Source: Lama guanicoe
Lineage: Eukaryota
Direction: 5' to 3'
Length of the DNA: 64,000 nucleotides
Assembly: GCA_013239625.1 (NCBI GenBank)
Contig: MU053934.1
Coordinates: 3,242,399-3,306,398, forward strand
The notes beneath the pieces were generated by a model that saw only the letters and a list, made by a program, of their open reading frames with translations, did no database searches and was not told where the DNA came from. Position 1 is the stretch's first letter, and every line of letters starts with the position of its first letter. The translations under genes were made by a program, and so were the position numbers. This document shows positions 13,501-27,269 of the stretch, one piece after another.

Positions 13501-16500
13501 AGACACGACTGATGCATACAAACTCCTGGCACAGTTGTTCTGAGCATTGGGGGATAACGCTTGCAGTCTGGGGACTCCCCAAAGGCTGAGCACCAGTGTG
13601 GGTTCCGTGTCTCATTTTCTCACCAAAGTCTCAAGACAGCCCGGAGTGGCAGACAGACTCTCACACCACAGACAGAGAAACTGAGGCTCTGAGAGGGGCT
13701 GTGGGGTCCCCTAACCCCCGGCCCAACAAATACTCAGAAGGCCCTTTCTGGTCAGTGCATCGGCGGGTGCCTCCTGCTGGCTGGCAGCTTCACCTCCATC
13801 CCCTCTGAGATTCACCAGTAAGGTGTGTAGACCTGGGCCCAGGCCCGACTCTGCTTCTGGTGACTCAGTGACTTGGGCAGGGACCAGCCCTCTCTGTGCC
13901 TCAGCTTCCCCAAGACCCATCTCCTTTGCTCCATGCAGCTGCTTCAAGGAGCAAATGAGAGACCAACCCTCCTACAAATTTAACTGTTACTCTGATACTT
14001 TCCTTGTCCGTCCTCAACCACTTCTCCGCCCGCCTTTCTAACAAGGCTATGACAGTCTTCCTCGGATGCTCTGGTGCTAAGGCCTAGCATGAATTTCATC
14101 CCCAGGATCCTAGGAATCAGGCAGTATTTTTATGCCCATTCTGCAGATGCGGACATTGAGGCTCAGAGAAATTAAGTGACTTGTTCAAGATCACACAGCA
14201 AGAAATGAGAGCCCTTAGCCACACCACTGTATACGTGCCCCCAAGCATCTGTATATTCAGCAATTTGTGGCCGCTAGAGCCCTCTGGCTCACTAATGCCC
14301 ACCTGCTCCCTGGTTTATCCAACCTCCCAGATGGATGCAATATTCATATTTCCAGCAGCAGCAGCTCACGCACCCCTCTCCGAGGCCTTCAGGAGCCCCA
14401 TTAATCATTTAGACACACCTGCATATTCATTAACTTCCGAATTAATACAGGGCCCCATATTACTTCGGGCCTGCTGCCTGCATTAAAGACACTTCAACTT
14501 CATTCATTATTAAACTCCCCTGATAAATGAGCACATCCTTCCTTCACAGAGGGGTGCTGCGCCCCCCAGCCAGCAGTTCTGCTCCCAGTGCCAGCTGCTG
14601 TGTGACCTTGAGCCAGGCTCTCACCCTCTCTGGGCCTCCTACATGTTTATCTGGTAAAACCAGGCAAAGGACAGGCCTCTAAGCACCACCTGGGCTTGTC
14701 AAAGTCGGCCCCATTTGATCCTTTTGCAGACTCCGTCCACCCTTCCCTGCACTTCTGCGTCTTTCTTGGAAGCACATGACCTTCTGTTCTCCATAAAACA
14801 GGAGCCAGCCCTCTAGGACATTTTCCTGACTCTCTCCCACCAGCAGTCTCCACTCTCCCCTGGGCCTAGCCCTGCGCTTTGCAGTCAGCATCACCTGTCC
14901 CTGAGCTAAGCTGACATGGCAGACCACGACATGTCCCAAATCAGTGATATGTCCCAACTCACCCCCACGGCCAGCAAGGGTGGACTCCGGCTTCCACACA
15001 ACAACAGTGATGACAACAATAATCATAATGGCACGCAGCATTTCCCGAGCACGCATCATGCCCCAGGTGTTGTGCTGAGTCCTGTACTGTCTTATCCTTC
15101 CTAGAACCACTTCTACTTTACAGATGAGGAAACCAAAGCCAGTGAGGTCAACGCCATCTCCCCATCTCACTTGGGGTCCTTACCATCACACGGGCCACCC
15201 AGAGGCGGGACACTCAGCCACCACCTTGCTCTGGCTCCATCCTTCCTGGACTGGTTCCCCTACGTGCCGATCCCTGCTTAATGGAGCTGCCGGCAACACA
15301 GAATGGACCCCTACTCCCTGGCAGACGCTCTGACCCATCTCCGTCACACTTGGCACAGAGCAGAGCCCGTGAATGAAGCGTGAGGATGCCACTGGCAGCA
15401 TGGCCCCACTGGCTCTGCTGCCTTCCACCTCCGCTCCAGGGGCACCTCTGTGTGGGGCTGCTTGCTGGGCTGCAGGGCCACCCCCAGCAGCAGGCCAGGC
15501 TGCCCCCTCATACCAGTGCTTCACTCCCTGAGGCTTCACTCCCTGGCTGTGTGACTGTAGGCCCATTAGCAAACCTCTCTGTACCTCGGTCTCATTATCT
15601 GAATCACTCCTGACTCCGCCCTCTGCCTCATCCCTCATCTCCAATCCACCCTGACACCTGCCCAGGCCACACACCCGTGTGTCCAAGTGGCTCTTGTCCG
15701 GATGGCAACACAGCCTCCCAGTGTCTTTAAGTGTCCCCTGGGTTCCTCCCCTAATATCCTCTGCTCAGCTTCCAGAAAGCCCCTCAAAATAGCCTATCAT
15801 AGACTCACTGAGGGCCCTGCTCTTAAAGCCCTTCCAGAATTTTCCATGGCTCCAGGCTGAAGCCATAAATCCTCCTGAAGGTCAAGGCCACAGAAGGTCT
15901 GGCCCAACAACCCACTCCAGACCCTCCCTCCTGCTTTCCCCTCAAGGCAGCTCTCCTCTCTCCCGAGGTGACTCCCCTGCTCTTGTCTGACCCCGTGATG
16001 GCGTCTGTCCATCCCACACAGTCCAGCCAGCGAGCACAGTGTGTTCTCTGCCGCAGCTCCAGCCCCCGGCATAGTCAGCCCTGCAGCCCTGTGGCCTAAA
16101 CAAACACCTCTGTCAAATCAAGACAGCGGACCCACGGGGCTGCAGCCAGTGCCAACAGGGAACCCAGCAGACCAGGTGCGGGCCTCACCACCCCTCGTCT
16201 GCATGCAGACATGGCCCCCACTTATTAGGATGACAAAGTAAAGATCATCAGACCCATTTCTCAAGGGAAGAAATGAGGTTCAGAAAGACAAAGTGGGCTC
16301 CCAGGTCACCACCAGTAAGCAGTGGGGCTGGGACCAAGCCCCGCTGCCTGGGCCCAAGTGCCGAGCACTAACTACATGCCAGACCTTAGTGATTCACACT
16401 AACTCATTCAACCCTCTCACAGCCCTGGGAGTCTGGCACAATTATTACACCCATTTGAGATATGGAGAAACTGAGGCCCAGAGCAGTGAAGCCACTTGCC

Positions 16501-19500
16501 CAAGGGCACACAGCTAGGAAGTGGAAGAGCCCGGGACATACCAAGTCCTAGCTGGGGGGCTATTCTGTCCCTCCAGCTCTGCTCAAATCTCCCCAGGTCT
16601 CTGCAGCCAGGGGTACCCTGAGTGAGAAGCATCCACTTTACGCCTCCCTCACCATCCAGCAAAACTGGTCTCTGCAGGGGATCACCAAGGGGTGGGGGAC
16701 CCTGGGTGGGAAGGCTCATTCAGGATTCAGGGGCGAGCAGGATGCAAGTCCCTGTCTGCTGTCACCCAGAGTATCACAAAGCCACCAGGAGGCCAGAAGA
16801 GAAGCTGATGGTTAACTGGCAGGGCTTAGCATTTCTGAGGACCTGCTGTCACCCAAGGGGGCCAGGGATCCCCAGAAGGCACTGAACCCTGTCGACCTGA
16901 CATTCCACATCTAAGGAGCACCTCCTGCATGCCTGGCCCAGGATTCCTGGCATACAGCGGAAGAGACAAAAGTGAGCAAGGAAATCAGAGACCAGCAGGG
17001 GACCCACGCAAATGAAGACCCAGCGTACATGCCCTGGGGATTTCCGCTATTTCCGGAAACCCTCCTGCAAATTACTTTATAAAATAAGAGAACCAGCCTC
17101 TAATTTCTCTTATAAAGACTTTGAATTTGCAGATTGGGGTTGCTTAAAGTGCGGTAGCACTCCTGGATTCCTGGGTGCTTCCTCAGTGCACACCCCTTGT
17201 GAGCGCTAAGGGTGGGGACCACGTCGAGTCCCCTCTCTGCCACAGGGACCAGCCTGCAGAAGGTGCCCAGTAAATTCTGGACAAGCAAACTGTTAATGCA
17301 CTCATTTCCAGGCCCCAGGATCGAAACTACTGTGTGCAGGGACCCTCCACCCCAGTTTGCCTCCCTCATCCACTATCAGGCCCTCGGGGGTACTTTAGAG
17401 AAGGTCAGAGCTGGCAGCCCCCTCAGCAGATTTGGGCCCTTGACATGTAACAGGTGAAGAAACTGAGGCCAGAGAGGCCAAGAGCCTTGCCCAAGACCTT
17501 GGGGCCACATCCCTTCTCCTTCCAGGCACCCCCTTCCTGCCCAGGCCCCTCCAAACATTGCTGCTCCTCCAGGCTCTGTCCTCAACCCACCTATGTGTGC
17601 CCTCTCTTCCAGAGTGGCCTCAGGCACGCTCTTGATCGCCCAGACACTGGGCCTTTGCTTGCCAGATGCCTCCACAGGTGCCCTCAGATGCCCCGGGCTC
17701 AGCTGGTCCAGGTCATCTTCTCGCCCAAGCTCCTCCTGCCCACCCCGACTGATACACGCCCCACATCTGTCCCTCTCCCTGCCACTTGCCACCAACACTG
17801 GGAACCCCTACTGGCTTCAGTTCAGACATCACCTCCTCCAGGAAGCCCTCCCTGAACCCTAGGCCTGGCTTCACCATTCCACAGCACCCCCATGCTCATC
17901 AGCCCCAAGTTGTATCCCCTGAACAGCCACCATTTCCCCTCCCCAGGGCCGAGTTGGCACCGTGTGTCCCTCCATGTCTCCAGCGCGAGCAAGAGGCCTG
18001 GCACAGAGGAGATGCCTGGGAGAGTGAGGATTAAAAAAAGCACAAGAACCACATGGCCCCCAGGAATGTCACTCCCAGCTGGCCTCCGTCCCCACCCTCC
18101 TGCCCACCTCCCCACCTCCCCACTACTGATGACAACAGGGCCTCCCAGTTTCTTATCCTTATTATTACGACCATTAGGGCCTCGACCAGTGCCTGGGCTC
18201 CTGCATTCTCCGGGCCTCAGCCTGCTCAGGGCAGTGTTGTCGGGCAGGGGCAGAGAAACAGGGAAAGGGAGGAAATGTGGACAGAGTCCCTACTGGGAGC
18301 CGCACCTGGGCCAGGGGGCTGCCATAGCTGACCTTGTTGGAGGCCCAGCGACTCTTATCCGGGCACGTGGGGCCCCTGTTTACAGATGAGGAACTGAGGC
18401 TTCAAGGGCAAGCAGCTGACCCGGAGCCTCACAGCCGGTGGGGGCTGAGCTAGGGATCAGAACCCGCCCCCGCCCCCTCTCCTTGCACCTGATCCTAAGG
18501 AGGAGCGTGAGTGTTCACTCAGTGCCCAGAGCTGGGCACGTTACAAGCATTCCAGGAGCCACAGGCACCGAGGACAAAGCACCAGTTCTGGGGTCCTGCA
18601 CAACCTGGCTTCAGATCCTTGTTCTGTACCCCTCGGGTGGCTTGAACAGCTTCTCTGAGCCGATTCCTCATCTGCCCCTGGGGATGGGAGGCTGCCCTGC
18701 CAGCCTGCTGGGAGTGGTAAATGAGACTGAAATGACCACAGCCAATAACTACAGAGCATCTCCCAGACTGGGCTGTAGGTGGACTAACTCACCTAAGCCT
18801 CATAACGACCCCACAAGAGGCTGGTTCTAACCAGAGTCCTTTTAAGGACAGCGAAATGAAGGCACAGTGGACCTACCCGAAGCCATGTAGGTACACATGG
18901 AGCTGGGCGCTGGGGCGAGGGTGATCGGCACTGGAGGGTCCTCGTTAATGACATTCCTTTCCGGCTCACACCTTCCCTTTAATCCTTCAAAGGCATCCTG
19001 AATAGACTGGTCTCTCCCACCTCCGTTGCAGCCACCTGCCGTGTCCTCTCTTCTACCTCCACAGAAACGAACCCTCTAGCCCTCTGCAGCCCTGATCAAA
19101 TGCCCCCTCTTCCACTGAGCCTGCCCCGCGCTCTGCCACCTTCCTGCCTCTCCGTCGCTTGGACACTATCCATTACAGCTCCCCGGACAGGTGGAGCAGT
19201 CTCCTCAGGGGACACTCGGACGACGCTGCCTCTGCCCAGCCTCCGCACAGCTGCCAGGGGAAACTTCCCAAAGCACAAGCAGGCTCATGGGTCACTGCTC
19301 TGCTCGGAAGCCTCTGGTGCCTCCCTAGTCCTTATCCCTGCATTCAAGACCCATCCTGATCAGGCTTGGTCCTGTCTGCAGATCTGCCCTCCAACACCCC
19401 TCCTGTCACGAGGACGCCATTGGAACAAACGGCGCCCTACTATGCATACACACGGAGGCACACGTGCACCCCCACTTGTGCTGGGCCTCCGCGACTCCTC

Positions 19501-22500
19501 CCTTACTTGGGCCTCTCCCTCTACCCGTCCTCTACCAGCACCAGCCTCCCACCCCCTCAACCCAACCCCAGAACAGCACCTCTGAGAAGTCCCTTCCCCA
19601 ATTCCTCAGCTCTTTCCACTCCCTCCGTCCTGGAGGGCATCATCCACAACCCTGTTTCTGAATGCCCGGGCATGCTCCCTGCTGCTGGAAGATGCACAGT
19701 CCAGACTCCTTCTCCTGGCCGGCAGGGAGCTCACAGGTCCTGCCTTCCTCTGGGGCTCCCCGGGCTCCCAGGCCCTAGCACAGGGCCTTTCCCCTTGAAA
19801 TTCCCACGACCTGCTCTGCTCTCCTGCCCCACTCCCACCTCCTAAATGCTACTCCTTAGACGGGACTCAAAGCCGCCTCCTACAGGAAGCCCTCCAGCCC
19901 ACCTGGGGCATTAGTCAGCCTAGTCTGCCTTCCCCTTGGCTATGGGGTCCCTGATGGCAGGGACTGTTCTCATTCACCCCCAAGCCCCAGCACAATGCTT
20001 GGTCCACACCAGATGCTTCAGAACTGTCTGCTGAATAAACACGTTTCCTCCCTCCTGAGCCTTCCCTGAGCTCCTGGAGACAGAGGGAACCAGTTCATTA
20101 GCCAACCACAACCAATGCGAATTCACCCCCCTCTCCCCACCTCCACCAGCCTCCAGTCGCACACCTGAGCCACGGCAGTGGCCATCACCTTCCTCTCTGC
20201 CGCCACCCTCACCTGTCTGCTGACTCCATCAGGTCTGAATAAAACGTACCGCCTTCCCTGACTTCATGTCTTCACCTCACTCCTCACTTGCTCCAGCCCC
20301 ACAGAAGGCCACCTTGCTCCTCTTGGGTGAATGAATGAAAGAATGAGGATTTGCGGCTTCCTGACCCTCGACCCTCACCGTGCCTGCCTCCTGAGTGCAG
20401 CCCCTATGCCTCTAAAGGGCAGGACCCCATCTTTCTTCTCCTAATACCTAGCACAGAGCAGTTCAAAAGTGTCCTTGAACAAAAGAATGAATGAGTGCTG
20501 GGTACCCTGCACCCCTGCCTGGGCCTCTGTTTCCCCGTCTACAACTGCAGATCTCAGACTCTCCCTCGTCTTCTTCGCAAGGGGATGAAAAGGTGGAGAT
20601 CAAATGACAGCAGCAGCCTGGAAGTGCTTTTAAAACGACAAATCACTTCACACCTGGAAGGCGCTCTTCATTCTAAAGTGGTGGAACCGAGGCTGAGGTT
20701 AAGAAGGTCATCCACTCCCTCATTCAGTAGCTTCGCAGTGATCAGGACAGAGATGGCTCTGCCCCAGGAAGTTCACAGCTCAAAGGGAGTGGTGCAGGAG
20801 ACCAGTCACTGCAGGGAGTGGTGGGGGGGGGGGGGGCGGTACCGTGGGGCTTCAAAACAAGGTGTCCAGGAAGGCCTCCTAGAGAAAGGGTCTTCTAGCT
20901 CCACCAGAAACTAAGGGACCTAAAGAGCCAGGTCAACTAGCAAAAGAGGCATGTCACCCTCACAAGCCACGTCATCTCAGATGAGCATATGTTACTTCTG
21001 TTCCCATTTTACAGATGAGGAAACTGAGGCCCAGAGAGCTGAAGCAACATGCTTCAGGTCTGCCAGCTCTTGGCAGCAAAGCTGGTGGTCTCTGGGCCTC
21101 CTGCACTTTCTGAGGCCTCTGGGGAGGCTGGAAACAGTGTCTAGAACATTCAGCCTCTGAACTAAGGGCCAAACCGCTCTGACAGCATCCAGGTCAGCTG
21201 CTCCCAACCACAGCAAGAACAGCGACAGCCGCAGCAGGCTAGCGCCAAGCACCCAGTGGGCCATCAGGAAACACGGCCCACAGCGGGATCGGAAGAAATC
21301 ACGGAAAACCACCAAAATAAACCCTCTTTACGTGAGAGCTGCTTGATATGAGCGGAGGGGCAGCTGCCCTGTGAGGCCAGTGAGGTTTCAAGTAACTACC
21401 CTGGGCCCAGGCAGCCCTCCCTTTAATGCAGGCAAATGGACGGCATAAATTTCTGCTTACTTAACTTCACAAATGTTAACAAGCTCATAAAAAATAAGTT
21501 ATTCCTCAGCTCCACAACATCCTTCGTTGGTTTAATTTTGTTTTTCCTCCCTCTCCCAGCCTCCTCTACGAGAGAAAGGAAAAGCCACAGACGTTGGTGT
21601 TCCCCTGCCAAGCAGGTCTGCCCTTCCCTCCCTCCACTCTGACCCATCAGGCCAGAGGGAAAAACCCCCAGATAAGGAATCCTAAGGCCCAGGGGTGGGC
21701 CCTGTTTTCTCCTCCACTGCTGTGTGACCCTGGGCTCTGACTTAACCTCTCTGGTTTAACTGGCTCATCTACAAAGTTGGACCTGCACTTGCACCCTGCC
21801 CACCTCCGGGGTCTGTGACAATCAAACAAGATTATCTGAATGAAGTGGTGACTTTGCTCTTGGCCCAGAGCAAGCCCTCAATAAATGCTAGTCCTTGTAA
21901 TTCTGTTAAAGAGTTAAATTACCCTCGCTCCCCAGTTCATCCATTTGTACAGTTTGCCTTCAGTAGGGCAAGCTGGCAGCTCCAAAATCAGTTTTGTTGG
22001 CAGGCTCAGTGTTGATACAAATCCAGGTTTGATGCCTTGAGGCAGAGCCTGAGCAGTGATGTGACCACAGGCCCCACCGCACCCTACTGCCTTCCTCTGC
22101 CCTACGCACACTTTATGTCCCAGCCTCTGTGGGCATCGGAGTTTGCCACCCCTAGTTTATGCCTCTCAAAAGCTTTTCTAACAGGTGATCTCATGGATTG
22201 CATCTTTAGGCCCATCTCACAGATGAGGAAACTGAGGCTCAGGCAGGAAGAACAGATACCCTGTGATTACACTGACGGAGCCTCAAGCCCTGGATTTTAC
22301 AGACCTGGCTTGTGCTACCCTCCAGCCAGCACCAGTCAGCAAGATCCAGAAAACAGGGCCATGCTAGAAAGGTCAGCCCCTGCTACACCAGATACCCGGT
22401 CCAAGCCTTGATTTTCCCATCTGCAGCATGATACAGCTGAAGGACACAGTGCACAGTTCTCAGAGAGAAGACAGTGGGGCCGGGAGCCTCAGCTGCCCAG

Positions 22501-23336
22501 CAATGCAGCCATGCTCACGAGCTTCAACTTCCCCAAGAGGAAGGTGGGACCACTGTCCCCTGTCCTCCCCACAGCGCCTCTCACAGGGCACCCCCTGGCC
22601 TGCATCCAGCAGCAGCACAGAAGCAAGCGGGTGCTTAGCACAGGCTAAACACCATGGTGGGGGCTTCCCATGGCTCATTAAGTGGGTGCTGTTGTGCCCA
22701 CTTTTCAGACAAGGAATTGGAAGCACAGAGAAGATAAGTAATTTGCCCAGGGCCACCCAGGAAGAGGCAGAGCAGGGTGGACTGGTGGACAGAAAAATCG
22801 ACAAGAATGCAGAACACAACTCGGGTTGCTGGTGTTCAGTCAGTAGGTGCAGGCTCAGAGGATGTGAGGAAGAAAGTCGGGATGGGGGACGAGGAATGGT
22901 CCAGAACCTGTGGCCAGGGGAGGCAGCCCCACATCTGCTGTGAGCAGTAGCACTAACAGCTCCCATCACCAGGCACTGGCCTCTGCAGTTCTATATGCCC
23001 AAGGCTAGTCTCTAAGGTATCCCAAGTTCACTTCCATCCTTCATCTCTCACTAGTCTCAGATCCCTTCCCAGGCTGGCCCAGTCATAGCTTGGTTCCCAG
23101 TGGCTCAGGGCCTTGTCCAAGCTCCCACCAACCCAAGAGTGGCCAACTAGGGACTCGAACCTGGCTCTTAGATATCCCTACCCTCGCCCTCCTCGATTTT
23201 GGAAGAGTCTCCAAAGGCACCAACAGCTGCTGCTGGGGAAAAGGGAGGGGCCAGGGCCTTGAGGGGCAGGGCCCTGAGAGGCAGGGGCCGGCCTAGCAGG
23301 TGGGGGCCAACCTGAGAGAGAGAAGACTGGATCCTG

Positions 23337-23350
23337 GTTGCCCTGGCAAC
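23337..23350. promoter_or_regulatory. RFX X-box
   Basis: GTTGCCCTGGCAAC, palindromic half-sites with a 2-nt spacer. Confidence 0.6.
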
Positions 23351-24049
23351 AGGACTAATTAATTCCAACTCTGGCTCCATCTGTGCCTTGGCTGGATGGG
23401 TAGTTTGGGCTCACGGGTGTTTGTTTTGAAAGAAGGGGAGAGAAGCAGGATCAGCTGGGAGGCTGTGGTCTAGGGGCTGGAGAGGGGCTGACACCCTCAC
23501 CAACGTTCACACATAGCATCTCCACCGTTTACAGGAAGAGACAGGCCCTGGCCCCCGGAGACAATTTCAGACCTCCTCTCCCAAGGAGGCAGCAGCTCAT
23601 CCCAGCCCAAACACCACCTGGCACAGACAGCAGAGAGCAGTGACTGCGGTGTGAGCACACGTGCACACACACATGTGCACAGACGGGGGGAGAACACAGA
23701 CTGCACAGTGAGAGACTTGGGTTCAGGTGCCAGCTCAGCTTTCTGAGTGTCAGCTTCCCCATCTGCAAAATGGGCAACACTGCTCCCCTCAAAGGGCATT
23801 TAGGAGAATTAGAAGGACGTCCCCAGTGCAGGGACAACTGAGTGGCCTCATTTGTCCTGGGGTCAGGGAAGGTTTTGCTGAGGGTGATCCTGGCGATCAA
23901 ACTGCCTATGCAGTACCTAGAGGGTGGCACTTTTGAGAGACTGGAATGAGGCCAGGAGACAGGATCATGGCATTTGAGAGGGGAAGAGAGATGGAGAGGG
24001 AGCCCAGAGGCAGGAAACCTGTGGCTGGGTTAAGTCCAGCAGGTCTCAG

Positions 24050-24520
24050 AAGCCAGGATAAAAATCCTGGATTTCAGCCCAAGGACAATGGGGAACTAGT
24101 GACATGCTGAGGAGCCCAGGCCAACAGAAGGGTACAGAATGAATTGGAGAGGGTAAAAGCTGGCATTTGAGGAGGCTTCTGCAATGGTCCAGGCCCATGA
24201 CGGTGACTTGATGCAAGTGAGGGCAGCGGGGTGGACAGGCGATGGGACAATCTGAGAGCAGGACTTGGGGACCTATAGGATAAGGATAGGAGGACAAGGG
24301 TGGAGTTCAGGGATGACTCCTAGGGTCCAGGTGGGTGGCTGAACAACGGTGGTGCCCATCCTGGAACAGAGAGCCTCAGAGAAGGAGCAAATGGATCAGG
24401 ATGCAGGAGAAAGTTAGAGTCCTGCATTGGACAAGTTGAGTTTTAGGGGCCAGAGGGACACCCCAAAAGACGTGTCCAGTCAGCAGGTGGCCACACCTGA
24501 TGCTCAACAGCCAGAAGCAG
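24050..24520 (-). mobile_element. L2 LINE fragment
   Basis: ggagttcagggatgactcctaggg...ggacaagttgagttttagggg is an antisense L2 pattern. Confidence 0.7.
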
Positions 24521-24689
24521 GAACAGCAGAGGAAGGAGACTTGGGCATCCCCTGCACACGGCTGTTAAGAGGAGCCAGGTAAGTGGAGGCATCGCCCAAA
24601 TAGCAGGGGCTGAGGACCAGGCTAGAGGGAGCATCTCTCAGGCACAGGCTGGCTGGGAGTGGACACCGATGCTCAGGAGCCTGCCACAT

Positions 24690-25625
24690 GGCAGCACCTG
24701 GAGCCAGGCCACCTGGGTTCAAATCCCGGCCCCTTCATCTCACCAGCTGTGAGATCCTGGGCAAGCCATTTCACCTCTCTGAGCCTCAACTTTTCCATCT
24801 GTAAAATGGAAATAAAAGCAATACCTACCCCATAGGGTATTATGAGGAGGGCTGATCCCCTGAAGCCCTAGGCTGAGCCCCAGAGAAACAGGATCTCCAA
24901 GAACTGGCCCTTGCAGGGAGGGTGGAGGCCACTAACCTTTGCTGAGCACCTGCCATGCTCCGGGTACCTCACAGGGACTACAGACTATGTGGATCAGTGG
25001 TCAAGGGGTAAGAGCCTGGAGTCAGAGGGCTCCTGGGTAAATCCTACATCCACTACTTACTAACTGGGTCCAAGGGAGGCCCCTTACCCCCTGAACCTTG
25101 CCTTCTGTGAATGTGAAATGGGATAATAAGGGTGTCTACCCATGGCTCCTGGATTGTTGTGAGCATGAAATATGAATCTGTGAAAAGCATTTGTCACCTG
25201 CCTGACACACAGTAAGCACTAAACAAATCATTGCTGTTGTCATTATTACAGTTGTTCCTGCTCCTCCTGATAAGCCAAGAATGTAGATGGACTGACCCCC
25301 ATGAAACCAACAAGGACAAAGGCCTTACCCACCCTAATGTCCAGGACCTGGGCTGGTCACCATCTGGTCACAGGCTCCCCTCTCCCCCAGCCCAGAGCAG
25401 GGCCACATGAGACCACCTGGGTCTGAATCTTGCCCTGGCCACTCTGAGCTGTGTGACCTCGGACTTGTCACTTCATATCTCTGAGCCTTAGATTCTTCCC
25501 CCAGGAAATGAGTGTCCCAGACCAGCACCATCATTTGAGGACTGAACAATGCAATATATAGAAGACATCCAGCCAAGGGAATGCACACAGTAGGTGCTCA
25601 ATAAATGACAGCAGTTATGATGAGT
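24690..25625 (+). mobile_element. Cluster of three MIR copies (about 24690-24850, 24990-25250, 25420-25625)
   Basis: Each carries the ctgggttcaaatccc / gcctcagtttc...ctgtaaaatgg / cacagtaagcact-type segments. Confidence 0.8.
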
Positions 25626-27269
25626 GGCCGGATGTGAAGACCTGAAGGAATGAATAAATGCAGATGGGCACTCACAGTGGGGTCCCAGGTGTGATGCCCT
25701 CCCAGAGCCACGCAAAGACACCTCCAGAGGGCAGCAGCCTGGGGGTCCACTAGACGATGCACCTGCCCTGTGATTCCTCCACTAGGGCTCCCCTGACCGT
25801 GCCCCCATTCGATGCCCACCCCTACCCCTGCCACCCCCTGCAGCGAGCACACCGCCACACATGCCCCCACCCAGCCCCGTGACCAAACCAGCAGCCCCTC
25901 CCCCTCCCCCGCTCTGCATCTGCTCAATTAGGGAAACTGGGGAGTGAGGAAAACAAAGACTTAATTTCTGAGCTAATCAGCCTGCCTCATACTAATTACC
26001 ATCCTCCCGGGCATTAGGGCAGACTTCCTGGGGGAGGCAGAGAGGGAGCCTCGTCCCCAGGAATGACACCCTCTCCCCCAAAACCTGAGACAGCCCAGTG
26101 ATGGGGGGCGGGGGGACCAGGAGGCTGGGGCAGGTGGGCCTTCAGGGTGCGGCCCCGGAAGCAGGGGACACAGTGAACCCACTGGGCACACAGCAGGGTA
26201 TGTGCCTGGGGAGGATGTCACCTGCGCGGTCTGCACCCTCCCCCAGGACCCCTGCCCCTTCCTGGGGGCAGCCTCAGGCTGCGGGGGAGGCCCCAGAGCA
26301 GGTGTCCCAGTAGGTGTCCAGCCCACAGCCTTGGCAGAGAGATGGACAGATGGACACTTTGAAGCTTGAAAATTGAGCAACGGCCAGAGTGAAGTTTCTG
26401 AATCATGGCAGAGTGTGCATTTGTGTATGCGTGCATGTGTGCTGCATACGTACATGGGTACACAAACCAGAGGGCTCAGGACTGGGAGCCGGGAGACCTG
26501 GGTTCAGTTCCCAGCTCGGTGCCAGACAGCTCTCCATCCCTCTGAAATTCAGACTTTACCACGACAGAGTTGAAGAGGATGATTTCTAAGATCACTCATT
26601 TTTCCACAAATGTTTATTAAGTACCTCCTATGCCACACCAGGCTCTGCTGGATCTGCTGGATTTATAGCAGGATCAGCTATAAACAGACGGACGAGGTCC
26701 CGGTCCTCATGGCTTCCCCTGGGGTGGATGAGCCGGGGAGTCCCATGTAAACTGGTCACTAGAACATGGGACAGAGAAAAACGCCCTGCAGGGTATGGAC
26801 CACGTAGGACGTGGGCTACTGTAGGCAGGGCTGTCACTGCATTTTTTAGAAAAGATCCCACCCAGAAATAAAACTTCAGATAATCCAAACTCACTGTGGG
26901 CCCCAGGATAAATCCCTTCCCCATTCTGGGCCTCAGTTTTCCATTCGTAACAATGAGGGAGCAGGATGGCATGGTCTCCAAGGCTCATCCCGGCCCTCAC
27001 CCGGGAGGATGCTGGCGTTGTGCCTCCATCGTGGGTGTGTCTTGTGTCCCAGCCCCAGGCCCGGCTGCATGGTGGAGGCACCAGATGGACAGATGGGCAC
27101 TGGATGATGAGAGGGGCTGACAGTACATCCCCTGGACACCCCCTCTCCTAATCACAGGCTCCCAAGGGTACACACTCCCTGCAGCTGGCATGGGGCACCC
27201 CTCTTAAGCTGCCCCTCTCTCACCCTGTCATGGAGCCATCATGGTTGCCCCTCACAATGTGCTGAATCC

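Noticed and set aside
19176..19197. REST/NRSE-like CAGCTCCCCGGACAG (similar weak match near 33575)
   Set aside because: Too many mismatches or wrong spacing relative to TTCAGCACCNNGGACAGCGCC.
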